Shown piece after piece: positions 49,478 to 63,008 of a DNA stretch of 64,000 nt. The position numbers were made by a program, and so were the translations under genes. The notes beneath the pieces are model-generated. The model was not told where the DNA came from, did no database searches, and saw only the letters and a list, made by a program, of their open reading frames with translations. How positions within the stretch are numbered: position 1 is the first letter of the stretch; each line of letters starts with the position of its first letter. The stretch lies in NCBI GenBank assembly GCA_002269645.1, contig NIVC01003025.1:1-64000 (forward strand), written 5' to 3'. The DNA comes from Macrostomum lignano. Its lineage: Eukaryota.

Positions 49478-50285
49478 TGCGTCTTGAAATACTTGCAGAG
49501 CTATGAAATTCTAGTAGTCTATCCATTGACACGAGATGCACAGAAATATAATTCTGTTTAGCTAAAATCCTTTTTCAGTAACAAAGCAAAACTTGAAAAT
49601 CAATGTTTTGATTAAAATGCATATGATATTGTGACGAGACCCTTCTGAGTTCGGTACTGACGGCTATGCACAATAATAAATTGAGTCTTCGTAGTAAGAG
49701 ACAGTCTTACGGCCGAATCGAGTTGAATTGTGTTGAATATTTGAATTTTAGTTCTATCGCCGTTAAATTCTTGGTGCTAAACTACCGCAAACGGACACAA
49801 CGCGGCGGACCAACCGAAAAGCACGAGAGACGGCAGATGAGAGTGAAAAGCGCTTGAAAATCGTGATTTAACAGTATTTTAAATAATACAATATTTCCAT
49901 GAAAGATACCGTAAAACAAAATTTTAAACGTACACATTGAATAACTTTGAAATTTGCTAATAAAAAGTAGATAAATTATTAAAATACTAAGGAGCCATTA
50001 TTAATACTATATTATTTACGAACAACTATATTATTTACGATCAACATCGTTATAAATGGCTCTGAAAAATCCCGTAAAAATGAATCGCTGAAAAATGCCT
50101 TGAATGGGCGTCAGTAAGATGTCTGAACATACGATGTTTCAAGATTCCAATCTTAACTTCTAGAATCGCATGTAGCCTTCCTCTTGGTTGATCTTTGACT
50201 GAAGGTTTTGCATTTTGTTTCAATTGTTTTGCACGAGTTGAAGCTCCTACTGGAGAGTAATATTATTTATATTTATTAGTAATAT

Positions 50286-52300
50286 TTGCTGTTTCGATTG
50301 CGCCGTCAGGGGGCTGGCAGCGTGGAGGCTGGAGCCACTGGCAGCCAGGACGTCGAGATGCTGAAGGCGGAGAAGCAGCCCTGTCTAGTGAATCTACGCA
50401 AAGAGTCGAGCATGCCCTGCTGCAGGAAGCTGAGGTCAGACACAGCTAGCTTAGCGGCAGCCCACGGCTTCAAAGAGAACTCGAATCAGTTACTCATTAA
50501 CCCTGTGGTCATGCTGCTGCAGGAGCCCGTTGTGGAGCTCGGCAAAGTGTACCGCTGCTCCGTCGTTGCTTCGTGTAGAAACGATCAGAAACGCTGCTTC
50601 GTGTCGGGCGAAACCCAGACAGTTGACGTTATCAGGCAGACTTGTATTTAAAGTGAAAGAGGTTGCTGTTGACTCAAGGACGTTTGAAGCCTGGATCTCT
50701 GCGAATTATAGAATTATGCTGAAGTTGCTGCATGATGACGGCAGTCTGGTGAGTTATCATCCAGTTATATGCAGCTGATTATTACCTGTGCTTTGCGGTG
50801 TGCTGCATTTGTCGAGCTTTTTGACCTCGCGCGGGTTCGACAGCGGGTTCGTCACGGGTTCGTCACAAGGTTTAAATGATGAGTGCAAGTTGAGCAAGAC
50901 AAACGAGATTTGGGATCGTGAGGATCTGATCTGGGACGGGTTGCCCATGCAGTACCTGATGGCACCACAGAATGACCATGCACTTGCTTGGAAAAGCTGT
51001 CAAAGCGGAGCCAGGAGCTGCTCCGACTAATCGACTTCAAAAAGAAATCTGAGTGCTCCAGATTTCACTTCCGTTTCGCTTATCGCTGTCGGCAATGCAG
51101 CCTCGGTCACTCCGAAGCGATGGCACACAGGGATGGGATAATTGGTTCAGAGCTGCTAGCCGGCCACTGCACTGACTGAATGAAGTTCTGTTTTAACTGA
51201 ATTCTGTTTCAACTTTCCCTATTTTATCGACTGATGATACCATAAGCGGGCTGGAAGTATGAATATACGAATTGGAACGCATTGAATTTCCGCCTGCGAG
51301 CAATATCTTCATTCTGGATGGCGCTGCTAAAGGTTTTCGCATAACAAATGTGCAGCCGGCCTTGCTGAAGGCAGTTGAGGTCGGCAACTATGAGTCGGTC
51401 CAAATGTACTCTGACGCGATTGAGTCCCAAATATTGGAAAGAGCTTCACCTGGGTCGCTATCGTCAGTGCCGTTTGTCAGTCAGTCAGTGTCAGGTGGCG
51501 GCTGGGGGCGATCAATGCTCTGGGAGCTTTGCCGAAGGCGAACGGTCGTATGCCCCAGATCTATGACTGCAGCCTGCCCGATGGTGCATTGGTGAACTCG
51601 AGGTAGGCGAGCGAGGGAAAGCTGCGCGGTTTTAGCGTTTCGAAAGCCTTGCCCGGAAGCTGACAATAGGCTGCTTCATGACCAGAGGTGGACCTGAACA
51701 AGGCGTGCTGTGCATGTGGTGTGCATCTTGTTTGATAAATTTGTCAACACTGGGCTCAAGTTCTGTGATTCTGCCGCCTCGACATACCTGTACGATCCAC
51801 GCCTGTCACTTTCGTGTCACGTGCTTCCATCGCCGGCCTTAGTAATGCTGTTCATCTGATGATGGCGCGCAAACGCTTCATCAACACTGAGTCCTACCTG
51901 GATGACTTTGCCTTCTGGGTTACAGAGATTGGATGCCAGCACTTCTTAAACCAGCTGATCGTTCTGGTCGTAGCTGGATTTCGCCGTCAACCGAGAGCTA
52001 AGTGTCGATCACTGTCGTAGCGGATGCCATTTCTGGGCACTGAGTTCGACACTGCAAGGAATCAAGAAGCTGCCCTACGAAAATTCGGGGAAGTTGATTC
52101 GGTCCGGTCAATGAGGATTGAGTCGGTCAAGGTGAGACAGAGTCAGCGGGCGCTCAAGTAGCTCATTGGCAAGCTTTAATTGGGTCGCAGGCCATCATGG
52201 GAGACACTACAACTGCTGCAGAAGGTCGCGCTTATGTGCCTGCAGAGGAACTTGAGCGTTCGAGCTTTTCACGTTTCAGCTGAATTTCAGATTTGTGCCG
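50286..52300 (+). pseudogene. Decayed DIRS/Ngaro-like retroelement remnant (gag-like Cys/His region and RT)
   Basis: FILDGAAKGFRI, LGALPKANGRMPQIYDCSLPDGALVNS (51511-51600) and YLDDF (51895-51909), with many breaks. No recombinase or termini seen. Confidence 0.55.
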
Positions 52301-52400
52301 AAGCCGCACGTCAACACATCTCGCGTCTGTCAAGAGAAAAAAAAGTTTCATAGTTTTGCATGTACATGTAGCTCGTATTTAAGACGTTCTGCTGCTGAGT

Positions 52401-52560
52401 CAGGTGAGGATCCAGTGAGGGGGCAATGAGCCGTGGCCAACAAAATTTGGGCCATACTTTTTTGGCCTGCAACTATGCCAGGTCTATTTTCTAATTTTGG
52501 TTTGTAGTTGCTTGGTATAGCTTGCCCCCCCCCCTCAAAATTTTTCTGGATCCGCCCCTG
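52401..52560. mobile_element. 160-bp MITE (hAT-like TIR)
   Basis: CAGGTGAGGATCCAG...CTGGATCCGCCCCTG imperfect TIR with the direct repeat GCTGAGT on both flanks. Confidence 0.75.
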
Positions 52561-54551
52561 GCTGAGTTACATGCCAAAATACACAACGGAGATGGGATCA
52601 TATTTTAAATATGAATTATTCCTAGAAAAAGGTATTTAAAACTTAAGACCTCTTATGTAGTTATTCAACTACGCTGCGTCAAACTGTGTAAAATTTCATA
52701 GAGTTTCGTTGAAGTAACAAAAAGTTACAGCAGCTGTTGGTAAGTTTGAATGTGAATGCCAATGTCAATCGGAAACTGATCAATAAGTCGTCGTCAAACC
52801 TGAAATTACAGCTGCAGCTAAGTTATAATTCTAACAAAATGATGGACAAGCAGCTGTATCTTTTGAAAAAAATCAATCACTAGTAATACTAGTAATAATA
52901 AGTTCAATACTAGTAATAAAATATCTTCGGTGATTAAAAAACCTACATGCACCAGCTTGTACATAGCATCTTACGGCTCTCTTTTCGGGAAAGTTTTCAT
53001 TTTGTCATTCTTATTCTCATCTTACCACAATCTTGAATTTTTAGCACTTTTAGCGTATTACGAGATATGCAGGCATATATAGTGTCATCCGACCAGTCAA
53101 AACAGATTTTTTCTCATGTATTTGATTGATGGATCAATGTCAGGTACGCCCGTGCCCTGACGAGAATATTCACGGATCGGGACCTAACCTTAGCTGGTTC
53201 TTAGCATTGAATTTCACGCGAAATTAACCAAATTTCCCACTTGATAGACCGTAAGCGACGTAAAAATAGATGGATTTCAATTCAACTTTTTTTCTGCACC
53301 ATGAAAGAACAATTTCATGAAAAACCATCGCCTCAGTAAAATTTTAACGTACTCGCTAATGTACATGTGACGAATCTTACAGACTTTGTAACCATGCATG
53401 TGTGTGTATAGTGGTGTAGTGTAACAGAGGACCTGACCTTTAGTTTGTGACTTTCCTTAATTAGCTTGTCTTGCCTTGGAAATTAGGAAACCAGCTGGTT
53501 TTATTGTCTCTAGCTAGGTAAAAAGGCTTCCCCTATGCAAAAGTTCTCGCTCTCAGCATTAACTAGACTATCCTCCAGTGAGCCTCGCATCGAGTCTCTG
53601 AATTGGCCCGTTTCTAAGCTAGTTTCACCCCTTAATCCTCGTCCGTAGCGATGATCGTTAGTAGGAGCCTCGAGTCCCTGGGTGTCTTTTGTCCAAGAAC
53701 CATGCAGTATAACAGGAGATAAAACTCAACGATCGTGTATGCCCTGTGTATGCATGTATGTAAGAACTAATACATTTATGTATTGAAATGAAATTATACC
53801 TACAATAATAGCTTAAGAGTACCTCTATGTAACATTTTTATTGCAGATATACTTTATTCAAGAAGGAACAAAGCAAAAGTTAAGCTAATGCCACTTGTGA
53901 GTATTTACAACGTTGGACTGATGAAATAAATGAAAAAAAAAGATTTTTTCTATCTCCGCAGTGTATTGTTCCAGGAAATCGGCCTCCAAGAAATCGCACT
54001 ATCTTTGAGTTTTACGTCCTGTTATACTACACTGGTCCTTGCTTTGTCATGTACTAAGAAATACCCCAGGGCCCACTTAGTCTGACGAGTTAGTTTGCGG
54101 GACCTTGGCCACTCCGACACCTGACCATGCAGGTACCCTAACGACATATGGTGGGCACGTCTAAGGGCGAGGCCTGGCTTCTGCACTATCAGCGTCGATG
54201 TCCGGATCGAACAATATACTGGGGAGAACTTTCCGATTGTAAATTTGATAAAGTCTGCTACAGTGCGATGTATTTCTTCTCGTACTAAGCGGATCTAGCT
54301 GGCGCATTCAACGCCAGTGTCGCTTCAACTGCAGTTACTTACGTGCAGGGTGCTCAATTTCGAGCAGCAGCAGCTAAAGCCAGTGCCTATCGATTTGATT
54401 TACAAGCTGCTCGCACAGATTGCAGGGTAGCAAATAGGCAACTGGACTGTAGAATTTCCACCTGTTCGGCAAACAGAGTGCCAGCTTGCTCAGCTTATAA
54501 TCAGAGCCGGATGGCGAAATAGGCCGCTTCTATCGGCTCAGCTGTGCAGCC

Positions 54552-55610
54552 ATGCCACTCGTATTGTTCGAGAGCGCCTGCACAACGGCAAATTCGCACG
54601 CAGATGCTCCTCAAACTACTGCCAATACTTCGTCGTCCGCGCTGCCGCTGGCCCTTCTGGCGGTGCAGGCGTTGGTCGGCCTGCTGTGCGGCGGCGGGGT
54701 GAATCTTCTGGCCACGCGGCTGCTGCTTCTGCGCGGTGGCAGCGGCCCGTTCTGGTTCGCCGCCGGCTGGCTGTGCGGCCTCGGCCTGCCCGCCGAAGCG
54801 TTCAACTCGCTGGACAGCCTCGTGCACGTAGTCACCGCTTATCCCGGCCTGCTGCCAGGCTCTGGCTACTACGCTGCAATCGCCCACCTGCACGCTCCAA
54901 TCTCCGCTCTGCAGGTGTGGCTGGACTCCGCCCAGTCCTGCCTCACCGTGGCTTTGGTGGCCGCTCGAGCCGTCGATGTCGCCTCGGCGTCAACCGGCAA
55001 GCAGAGTCGGCTGCGTCGGCGAGTCTCCAATGGCCTTATCGCTGCTAGCTTCTGCCTGGTGGCCAGCCTTGCCGCTGCCCGCAGTCTGGTGGTGGTGCGA
55101 ACTGTCTACTGCCCTGCTGGCCTTCGAGTCACCTACACCTACGGCCTGCTCCCGGAGTACCTTTCGAACGTCTGGCTGTACGTGTTTCGATTAGCCGGTC
55201 CGCTGGGTCTCTGCTTACTGTTCAACCTGCTTCTTGTCGGAGCCACCGTCCGGCGTTTGAGGCGAAGCCGGCGACGCCTCCGCCTGGCCGAAGCCCGCGT
55301 GTTCAACGAACGCCTGTCCCGCGGCGGCCGGTGCACGCTAATGGCCCTGCTGTACAGCCTGATCTACCTGCTATGCCAGGCTCCGGTCCTGCTATGGGAG
55401 TTCTCCCGACTCTTGCTGCAGAGTCAAGACGGCGGTGACTCCGAGCTAGGGGCTCTCTTGCTGCTGCTAGGCGGCAATCTGGCCGTGTCGCTGAGCTCCG
55501 CTTTAAACGCTCTTATCTGCGCTCTGTTGGGCCCTCGGGCGCGTTCAGAAGCCGCCGCTTGTTTGAGAGCGGCTGTGCGCGGTGAGCGCAAAGCGTCGAT
55601 TCACTGCTGA
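54552..55610 (+). CDS. Divergent 7TM class A-like GPCR (352 aa, intronless)
   Basis: Seven hydrophobic segments; LTVALVAARAV at the DRY position, LLCQAP in TM6, basic third intracellular loop. Confidence 0.65.
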   Translation: MPLVLFESACTTANSHADAPQTTANTSSSALPLALLAVQALVGLLCGGGVNLLATRLLLLRGGSGPFWFAAGWLCGLGLPAEAFNSLDSLVHVVTAYPGLLPGSGYYAAIAHLHAPISALQVWLDSAQSCLTVALVAARAVDVASASTGKQSRLRRRVSNGLIAASFCLVASLAAARSLVVVRTVYCPAGLRVTYTYGLLPEYLSNVWLYVFRLAGPLGLCLLFNLLLVGATVRRLRRSRRRLRLAEARVFNERLSRGGRCTLMALLYSLIYLLCQAPVLLWEFSRLLLQSQDGGDSELGALLLLLGGNLAVSLSSALNALICALLGPRARSEAAACLRAAVRGERKASIHC

Positions 55611-55859
55611 TGAGAAGCTTTCATTGACAACTACGCCCAGCTCGGCTCCCTCCACCCCTGCACTGACTCAACAAAAATTTCTGAGCAATCATCTGTCACT
55701 AGATGTGGCTAATTTTTTATTCGATGGCGTCTATGCTTAAGATCTTGTGTCTGATTGTTTATATAGTCAATCATTTAATAAATAAAATATCTTAACAGTC
55801 AACAGACCCTAATTCAAACAGCTTCGTGTACTTTTACGAACTAAAATAACTAACAAAAT

Positions 55860-56705
55860 CAGATGCCTCACGGATAGGCAGGCCTCATGCATCAGATGCC
55901 TCACGAATAGCAGGCCTCATGCATCAGATGCCTCACGAATAGCAGGTCTCATGCATCAGATGCTTCACGAATAGCAGGCCTCATGCATCAGATGCCTCAC
56001 GAATAGCAGGCCTCATGCATCAGATGCCTCACGAATAGCAGGTCTCATGCATCAGATGCCTCACGGATAGCAGGTCTCATGCATCAGATGCCTCACGGAT
56101 AGCAGGTCTCATGCATCAGATGCTTCACGAATAGCAGGTCTCATGCATCAGATGCCTCACGGATAGCAGGCCTCATGCATCAGATGCCTCACGAATAGCA
56201 GGCCTCACGCATCAGATGCCTCACGGATAGCAGGCCTCACGCATCAGATGCATCATGGATCGCAGGCCTCACGCATCAGATGCATCATGGATAGCAGGCC
56301 TCATGCATCAGATGCCTCACGAATAGCAGGTCTCATGCATCAGATGCCTCATGGATCGCAGGCCTCATGCATCAGATGCATCATGGATAGCAGGCCTCAT
56401 GCATCAGATGCCTCACGAATAGCAGGTCTCATGCATCAGATGCCTCATGGATCGCAGGCCTCATGCATCAGATGCATCATGGATAGCAGGTCTCATGCAT
56501 CAGATGCCTCATGGATCGCAGGCCTCATGCATCAGATGCATCATGGATAGCAGGCCTCATGCATCAGATGCCTCATGGATAGCAGGCCTCATGCATCAGT
56601 TGCCTCACGAATAGCAGGTCTCATGCATCAGATGCCTCACGAATAGCAGGTCTCATGCATCAGATGCCTCACGGATAGCAGGTCTCATGCATCAGATGCC
56701 TCTTG
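55860..56705. repeat. 32-bp satellite (ATGCATCAGATGCCTCACGGATAGCAGGCCTC), about 26 copies
   Basis: Period 32 (for example 55983 to 56015). Confidence 0.95.
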
Positions 56706-57198
56706 GATTAACGGGTCTCCAAAATTTGATACATTAAAACAAGCAACGTTTTATTGCTTCTTTCTGTTCTAGATCTAAATTTTGACAATCTTGTTCCCAT
56801 TATACTAGTGCTGCTGCTTGCGGTACTTGGTATGGACTTGTTTTTTTCAGATTCAAGACTCATTAAGCCTGCTTGCAATCGGACATAGGCTCGAACTAGT
56901 AAAAAGAGAACTGATGCACCCTATCACTTTGCACGTAGCTCGGATATCATCAGAGTCTTGGCCATGCGACCACTAGAACTACTTAATTCGTCCTTGTGTG
57001 AGCATTGAAGAGGAACCATCAGTACCTGTTGGAACTTCCAACATGGGCTATCCAAAGCCCATACTGCTTTGAAGTGCACTGATTGGTGGAGAAACCACAG
57101 GCTTGTCAGATAAAAGTCAAGGAGTCTTTCTTAGTAATCACAAACGAAAATTTGAATAAGATACTAGTGAGCAAAATTTGCTTGCAAGTCTGCTATCA

Positions 57199-58209
57199 AT
57201 GGAGTTCGCTACCAACGCAACAATCGATGACTCCCAGCTACAGGAACTGATCGATGAAAGTGTCTTGCGCTACAGGAACAACAGGGCCGTGAACAGCGTA
57301 CAGTTGGTGGCCGCCCTCGCATCTCTGTGCGCCAACTCGCTCACCATCTACGCCGTCTCGAGATCCAACCTGCTGCGCGCAAAGTCCTTCTACATCCTGG
57401 TGGCGAACCTCGCCGTCGCGGACGCATTTCTGGCGATCGGCTACATCTACGTGACTATAAGGCGTTGTCATGACGACCTGGTCGGCCTCGGAAACCTCCG
57501 GACAGAACGCGAATGTCTGCTAGACGTTGTTCCTCTGATGCTGGGCATCGTCGGCTCCATCATTTTTACTGCGGCCACCTGCTTCGACCGAGCATTCGCT
57601 GTGCTCGTTCCGCACCGGTACAGCCGGAAGCGGGCCGCCTACCCGTGGCCTGTGGTGCCCGTCGCCTGGTTGTGCGCTGTGGCGGACGTGACGGCCCTGT
57701 CACTCACGCTGGAAAATCCGAACAGGATCACTACCATGTGCACCATCGTGGAGGTCTCTGGGGATGAGTACACCATGTGGAACCTGGTATCGACTATTGT
57801 GTACAGTTTTTTGGCCATGATTCTCAGCGGGGCTTGCGCCGTCCGAATCTGGCTGATGACCCGTGGGGCGGCGGTCTCCTCCCAGGAGCTTCTGGACAGC
57901 GTGCGCAGCGTTGTGATTGTTGGCAGCCTGGTGTTCTGCACTCAGGTGGTCACCAGAGTCGGTCTCTTATACATTGTCGCACTGCCTAAAAGTGAGCGAT
58001 CTGCCTACAGCAGTCTTGCTCGACTGCCGCAGTTACTGTGTGGTGCCGCCAACCTCTGGGTGCACCTGACTAGATCTGGCGTCTTTCGTCGCGAGGTGCA
58101 GGCCCAGTTTCAGATTGCTAACCGCTGCAGGAACTCGGTAATGTGTTTTTTACAATGTTTTGGGATCGATTTACTCGTACGGGTGTACCTCATAAATTTT
58201 AATCCCTAA
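57199..58209 (+). CDS. Rhodopsin-family GPCR
   Basis: ATG at 57199; N-glycosylation sequon NAT; ANSLTIYAV, NLAVAD and FDRAFAV..PHRY motifs. The true 3' end may splice at TCG|GTAATG near 58138. Confidence 0.85.
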   Translation: MEFATNATIDDSQLQELIDESVLRYRNNRAVNSVQLVAALASLCANSLTIYAVSRSNLLRAKSFYILVANLAVADAFLAIGYIYVTIRRCHDDLVGLGNLRTERECLLDVVPLMLGIVGSIIFTAATCFDRAFAVLVPHRYSRKRAAYPWPVVPVAWLCAVADVTALSLTLENPNRITTMCTIVEVSGDEYTMWNLVSTIVYSFLAMILSGACAVRIWLMTRGAAVSSQELLDSVRSVVIVGSLVFCTQVVTRVGLLYIVALPKSERSAYSSLARLPQLLCGAANLWVHLTRSGVFRREVQAQFQIANRCRNSVMCFLQCFGIDLLVRVYLINFNP

Positions 58210-58961
58210 GGCCAGAAGCACGAGTTTTCCCCCTTTCGCACCTGCAGCCGATCAAGCTACTGAAATTACATTTACTAAATTCGCTGTGTGAAAGTCGTTG
58301 CTTCCTTGAAACCCATGATTACCGTCAGGTGTGCTTGAAGCAACTATTCAGTCTGGGGAAGTGACGGACGACCTTCTAAATTCAGTTGCTACAGGCCTGT
58401 TGTGTGTCACAGTATGCAGCTGTTCTTATTCAGTCAAACTGCTCAGAAAATTTTTGAGTCATATGGCTAATGCCATCTTTCAATTGGCTATTTTTAAGCG
58501 AGTCAAAGAGTTACTGCAGGTGGAATTCCAGCAGGTGGCAATGTGCTTCCCGTTCAAAATTCAATTTGTTCTTTCACTTCAACTCGTAATTAACTTCATG
58601 TATATCTCTACATTACATACAGGTAACTGCCGCATAGAGGAGGAATGAAGAGAATTCGATGATTTCTGTAACTTTTGATTTGAACTGACACTGAACAATT
58701 TGTTGAAACGTTTCGAAGAAATAAATTCTTTAAAATATTTGGCTAGTTTGGTTAGTTTGGTTAGTCGCTTTGGTTAGTTTGCACTTAACTTTATGGAATA
58801 AGTAGCATCGAAAGGATATAAAAGTAAAATTTGCTATCAACTTCCTTCCTTCTGGCCCACGTTAAGTTATTCTTAACCGATACCGCTCCGTAAAATGGGT
58901 TGATTCGGATGCTATCGCACAATTTAGTTTGAAGCAAGACCTGGGAGAGTCATTAAATTTA

Positions 58962-59434
58962 TGAGGGAGGGGTGAGCAATAAGTTTCCGGATGTAGACAG
59001 AAATAGTAGGAGAAAAACTTCAAAGTACTGTCCAGAATACTCAATGCAAAGTTGCATCTGCTCAAACCACGCCCTGGAACAGCTGGACCAGTCTGAAGCA
59101 GCTAGGTACTTTCTCAAAAAGTCACAAGGGGCCAGGTGGGGCTGTAGGGTGAATAGCCAAGTTCTTGGATGCGCTCTCAAGGACTACTATATAACTATAT
59201 GTTACTTTAGTCGGCCAGAAACTCCTCACCTGCCGAGTCTTGTGAGAAAGATGCCCCGAGCTCGAGTCCTTTAGCGACGCCTGGAGAGAGCGCTCAGCAC
59301 TTCTGGTAGTTGGCGCACCAGTCATGTGTCTGAATTTTTGCAGCCACTGTACTAAGATATTGTACTTAAACACCTAAGGTTTCGCCAGTCGCCTCTCAAC
59401 TATGTACATCCAGAAACTTATTGCTCAGCCCTCG
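58962..59434 (-). mobile_element. Internally deleted mariner element
   Basis: TIR GAGGG.TGAGCAATAAGTTTC.GGATGTA at both ends with flanking TA. The minus strand carries a frameshifted HP(Y)SPHLAPCDF remnant of the mariner YSPDLAPxD motif. Confidence 0.75.
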
Positions 59435-62400
59435 TATGGCTGCAGTGTACAGCTGAAATTATTTGCGACCCGTGCCCTCATCACAACTGTAATGAAGTTT
59501 CTATTAGCAATACTTATGAGCTCGTTTTGTGGTTTCATTGCATAGCTAATTAGTTGTTCAACAGGTGAATGCTTCGCAGTGAAGAAGCGTTAACTCTACG
59601 AGTCTGTGACTCGGCCCATCAACGTTTATCTGCTTACATTGTTGTGTTGTAGTTTTTTCAGGATATTGTATAACTGTCTTACCGTCGTTTTTGAAAGTTG
59701 CTACCAGCCTTGGGTCATGACGCTTCTCCATGTTAATCAAAGTGCCGATTGTTTTAAGATAAATATAAAGCGTCGTTTGCATCATGCTATGACAACTATT
59801 CCCCCAGTAATGTGGAAATTAACTACCATGGTTAAGGCGCATCGAGACGGTGCAATTCAGTAGATCTAAAAAAGTCAAGAAATTTTGCCCGAACCATAAT
59901 TGTCTTTAAATTTAATGATTCTAACGAAACTAGGTCATCAGAACTAGCGCACCCTTTTCTGATACAGTTATTATTTGCCATCCATGATTTATGGTTAAAA
60001 TGAAGCGCTCGGCAGTTCGTAGTTCTGATTAGGGATTCGATTCCAAAGACAGGCTTTGATCCTCTCTTGATGCAGTATCAAGAGGTTGCGCAGTTGGTTC
60101 TCCCGGAAGCCTCAGAGGTTGTGCATGATCCCTTCTCCGCAGCCAGAAGAGCCACAGGAAGGGAACTCTTCTGTGTGCTTCGGTTCATTACCTCGATTCT
60201 ATCAAATATTCCACAGGGAAGCTGCTTCCCTTCCTGCCCGCCATCACCCCGCTCCTATGAGCGTCACTTGGTCGTGCAGGAAATGCTACATCTCTAAGAC
60301 AGTCGACCGGCTTGTAAATTAATTTCCCTCTCGGATTTGAAGTCGAACAGAATCGAGTCAGATGCAGTCCGCAGTGAGTAATGGAGTATTTGCTACAAAC
60401 ATTTCCTCGTAAGTCTGGGGGGATTCGTGCATCAACGAAAGGAAGCAAGATATCTTGAATCGATTTGAACATTTTTGCCATCGGGATTACACCTCGTACT
60501 GTTACTAGCTTGCCGTTATAATATGCATTATCAACAATTATTTTTTTTTCATTTCTTATCGGTTTAATCTGGTTGGTGCTCAAAGTAGGTCAGGACTTGC
60601 TTTCGACGGTCTTTTGTTCCATGAACGAGCATGGCAGGTCAGTTTTCGAGACATTCCTGTCTTGAAACTACGAAAGCTTTTTTCTTCGAAAATGAGGATT
60701 CCAGAATACGGGTGGTCCGAGTCTTAGACTCCTGGTGGACCCACCCTAACTCCCAGCACCGCTAGGCTCCCCGTTTAACATCAGCAACAAACGCAACGCT
60801 AAGTCCTTATGGATACTACTATTGGTTTTTGTTTAATATTGCGACATGGGAGTCGGTGTACGCAAAATTAAAGAGCATGGCTGTTTTTTTCCTCGTTGAA
60901 AGCAAGACTAAGTGCGTGAATTTACTGCATATGTATCGTTAACTACGCTGCGAGTGGAGATGAAAATGCACTCAAAGGAAATCTAATTTTTTGTAGTTGG
61001 GAATAGCTTAAAGAGTAACAAAGATTTGCGTTTACGCTACTGTTAGTAGTTTCAGTTCCAGAAATTTAGATTGGTTACTTAAGGCGTTGTGGGATTTTCT
61101 ATAGATAAACTGCTATGGGCTCCCGGGAAAGCATATAATCCTGTCCGTTGGGTCGGGATCGCCTAGGTCTAACTTAGAAAAAAAGAGGTCTTCAAATAAA
61201 GGGAGTCAAGCTCAAGCACCCATAGAAGGAAAATTTAGGTGTCAATTACCGTTCCGTATCAAGGTTACATGTATGATGTAAAATTATTCTTTTAATGATG
61301 GAGTCTTTATAAAAAATAAACTATAATGGCTTCCTGTCCTCATTCTTTAATCCAACATGATAGGATTAAGGAAGCTTAGAGCTGGTGGCGTCGAACCATC
61401 GAATCCCAACCAATACAAAAATGCACCAGAGTGAATAAAATAACCAGTAAACTAGGCCAAACAGTCACCATTGCATATTAATGACGGATGTTTTTTCCTT
61501 CCTATCTAAGATCTCGAGTGCACATCTGTCACGGACAGAAAGGCCGTAGAAACGTAAAATAAAAGCTGTAAAACCGTGCAGTTACGAGTATCTGTATGTG
61601 TTGGTATCGTTTTAACCGGAGTAGCAGTAAGAAGTAATTCCATTAGTTTATTGGCGCGTGTCAAGAGCGGGAGATGCCGTCAGGCGATGGTATATTTTTA
61701 GCTAGAATAATTGTCACAACCGATTTTTGACACGACACCGACTGTTTAAACTGCACTTCCATGCTTCTTTTGCTTTTCTGGATCAGAGATAAGCCAGTTT
61801 TGACTAGGAGTTAGCTTAGCAACGCCAAAAGACAGAATAAATAGTGAAAAATGCATCAAGGCTCAAAATCGGGCCGTACCATCTACTTAGAAAATTTATG
61901 GGCTCGTTTGTGTGCAGGAAAATATGGCCATTTACCCACGATTAATATAGGATGCGATACAATTTGCAACACGACTTTCAATACATAAGAAGTGTACACG
62001 CGTGTATATACGAGTGTATATGCTTTATGAGCTTACTCGCAAAAGGTTTAAAGGTTCTAAATAGTTTAAAGGCTTCCTGTCGACATGATTTCAATGAACG
62101 TTAAGGTAGAAACTGCAATACCACTGAAATCTACTTTTCCTGCTTAAAAGTCTGTAGCGATGGTGCAAGCGTTCCAACCGACCGATTAATCACCCTTTTA
62201 AGACAAACAAAGCTCTACAGAACACCCAATAAGACACCCATGGCATGCTCAAGCGTTTTTTCCTACAATTTCAAATTAAATTAACTAGTTAACTAGATTA
62301 TAGCGTAAGAGGCCTTGCAGCCCATGCTCTATATTCGTCGCCCATTAGCTCATACCGGTACCTGGTCCTTCACTGGCATATTTACATGTTCACACAAGAC

Positions 62401-62463
62401 CTGCCCATTCTGGAATACATTTATAAAATTCGCCGTACACCAAAGTTTTTCTACGTTCGTTCT

Positions 62464-63008
62464 TCGAACCGGATGGCTGCTCGGAGATGAAATGGGTCTC
62501 TTCGAACCAGATGTCTGCTCGGAGATGAAATGGGTCTCTTCGAACCGGATGTCTGCTCGGAGATGAAATTGGTCTCTTCGAACCAGATGTCTGCTCGGAG
62601 ATAAAATGGGTCTCTTCGAACCGGATGTCTGCTCGGAGATGAAATTGGTCTCTTCGAACCGGATGTCTGCTCGGAGATAAAATGGGTCTCTTCGAACCGG
62701 ATGTCTGCTCGGAGATGAAATTGGTCTCTTCGAACCAGATGTCTGCTCGGAGATGAAATGGGTCTCTTCGAACCGGATGTCTGCTCGGAGATGAAATGGG
62801 TCTCTTCGAACCGGATGTCTGCTCGGAGATGAAATGGGTCTCTTCGAACCGGATGTCTGCTCGGAGATAAAATGGGTCTCTTCGAACCGGATGTCTGCTC
62901 GGAGATGAAATTGGTCTCTTCGAACCGGATGGCTGCTCGGAGATGAAATTGGTCTCTTCGAACCGGATGGCTGCTCGGAGATGAAATGGGTCTCTTCGAA
63001 CCGGATGG
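62464..63008. repeat. 38-bp satellite (CGAACCGGATGTCTGCTCGGAGATGAAATGGGTCTCTT), about 14 copies
   Basis: Period 38 (for example 62701 to 62739). Confidence 0.95.

Noticed and set aside
59440-60600. Short ORFs including 60188-60583 as a possible endogenous viral fragment
   Set aside because: No motif I can recognise; a translated homology search would be needed.
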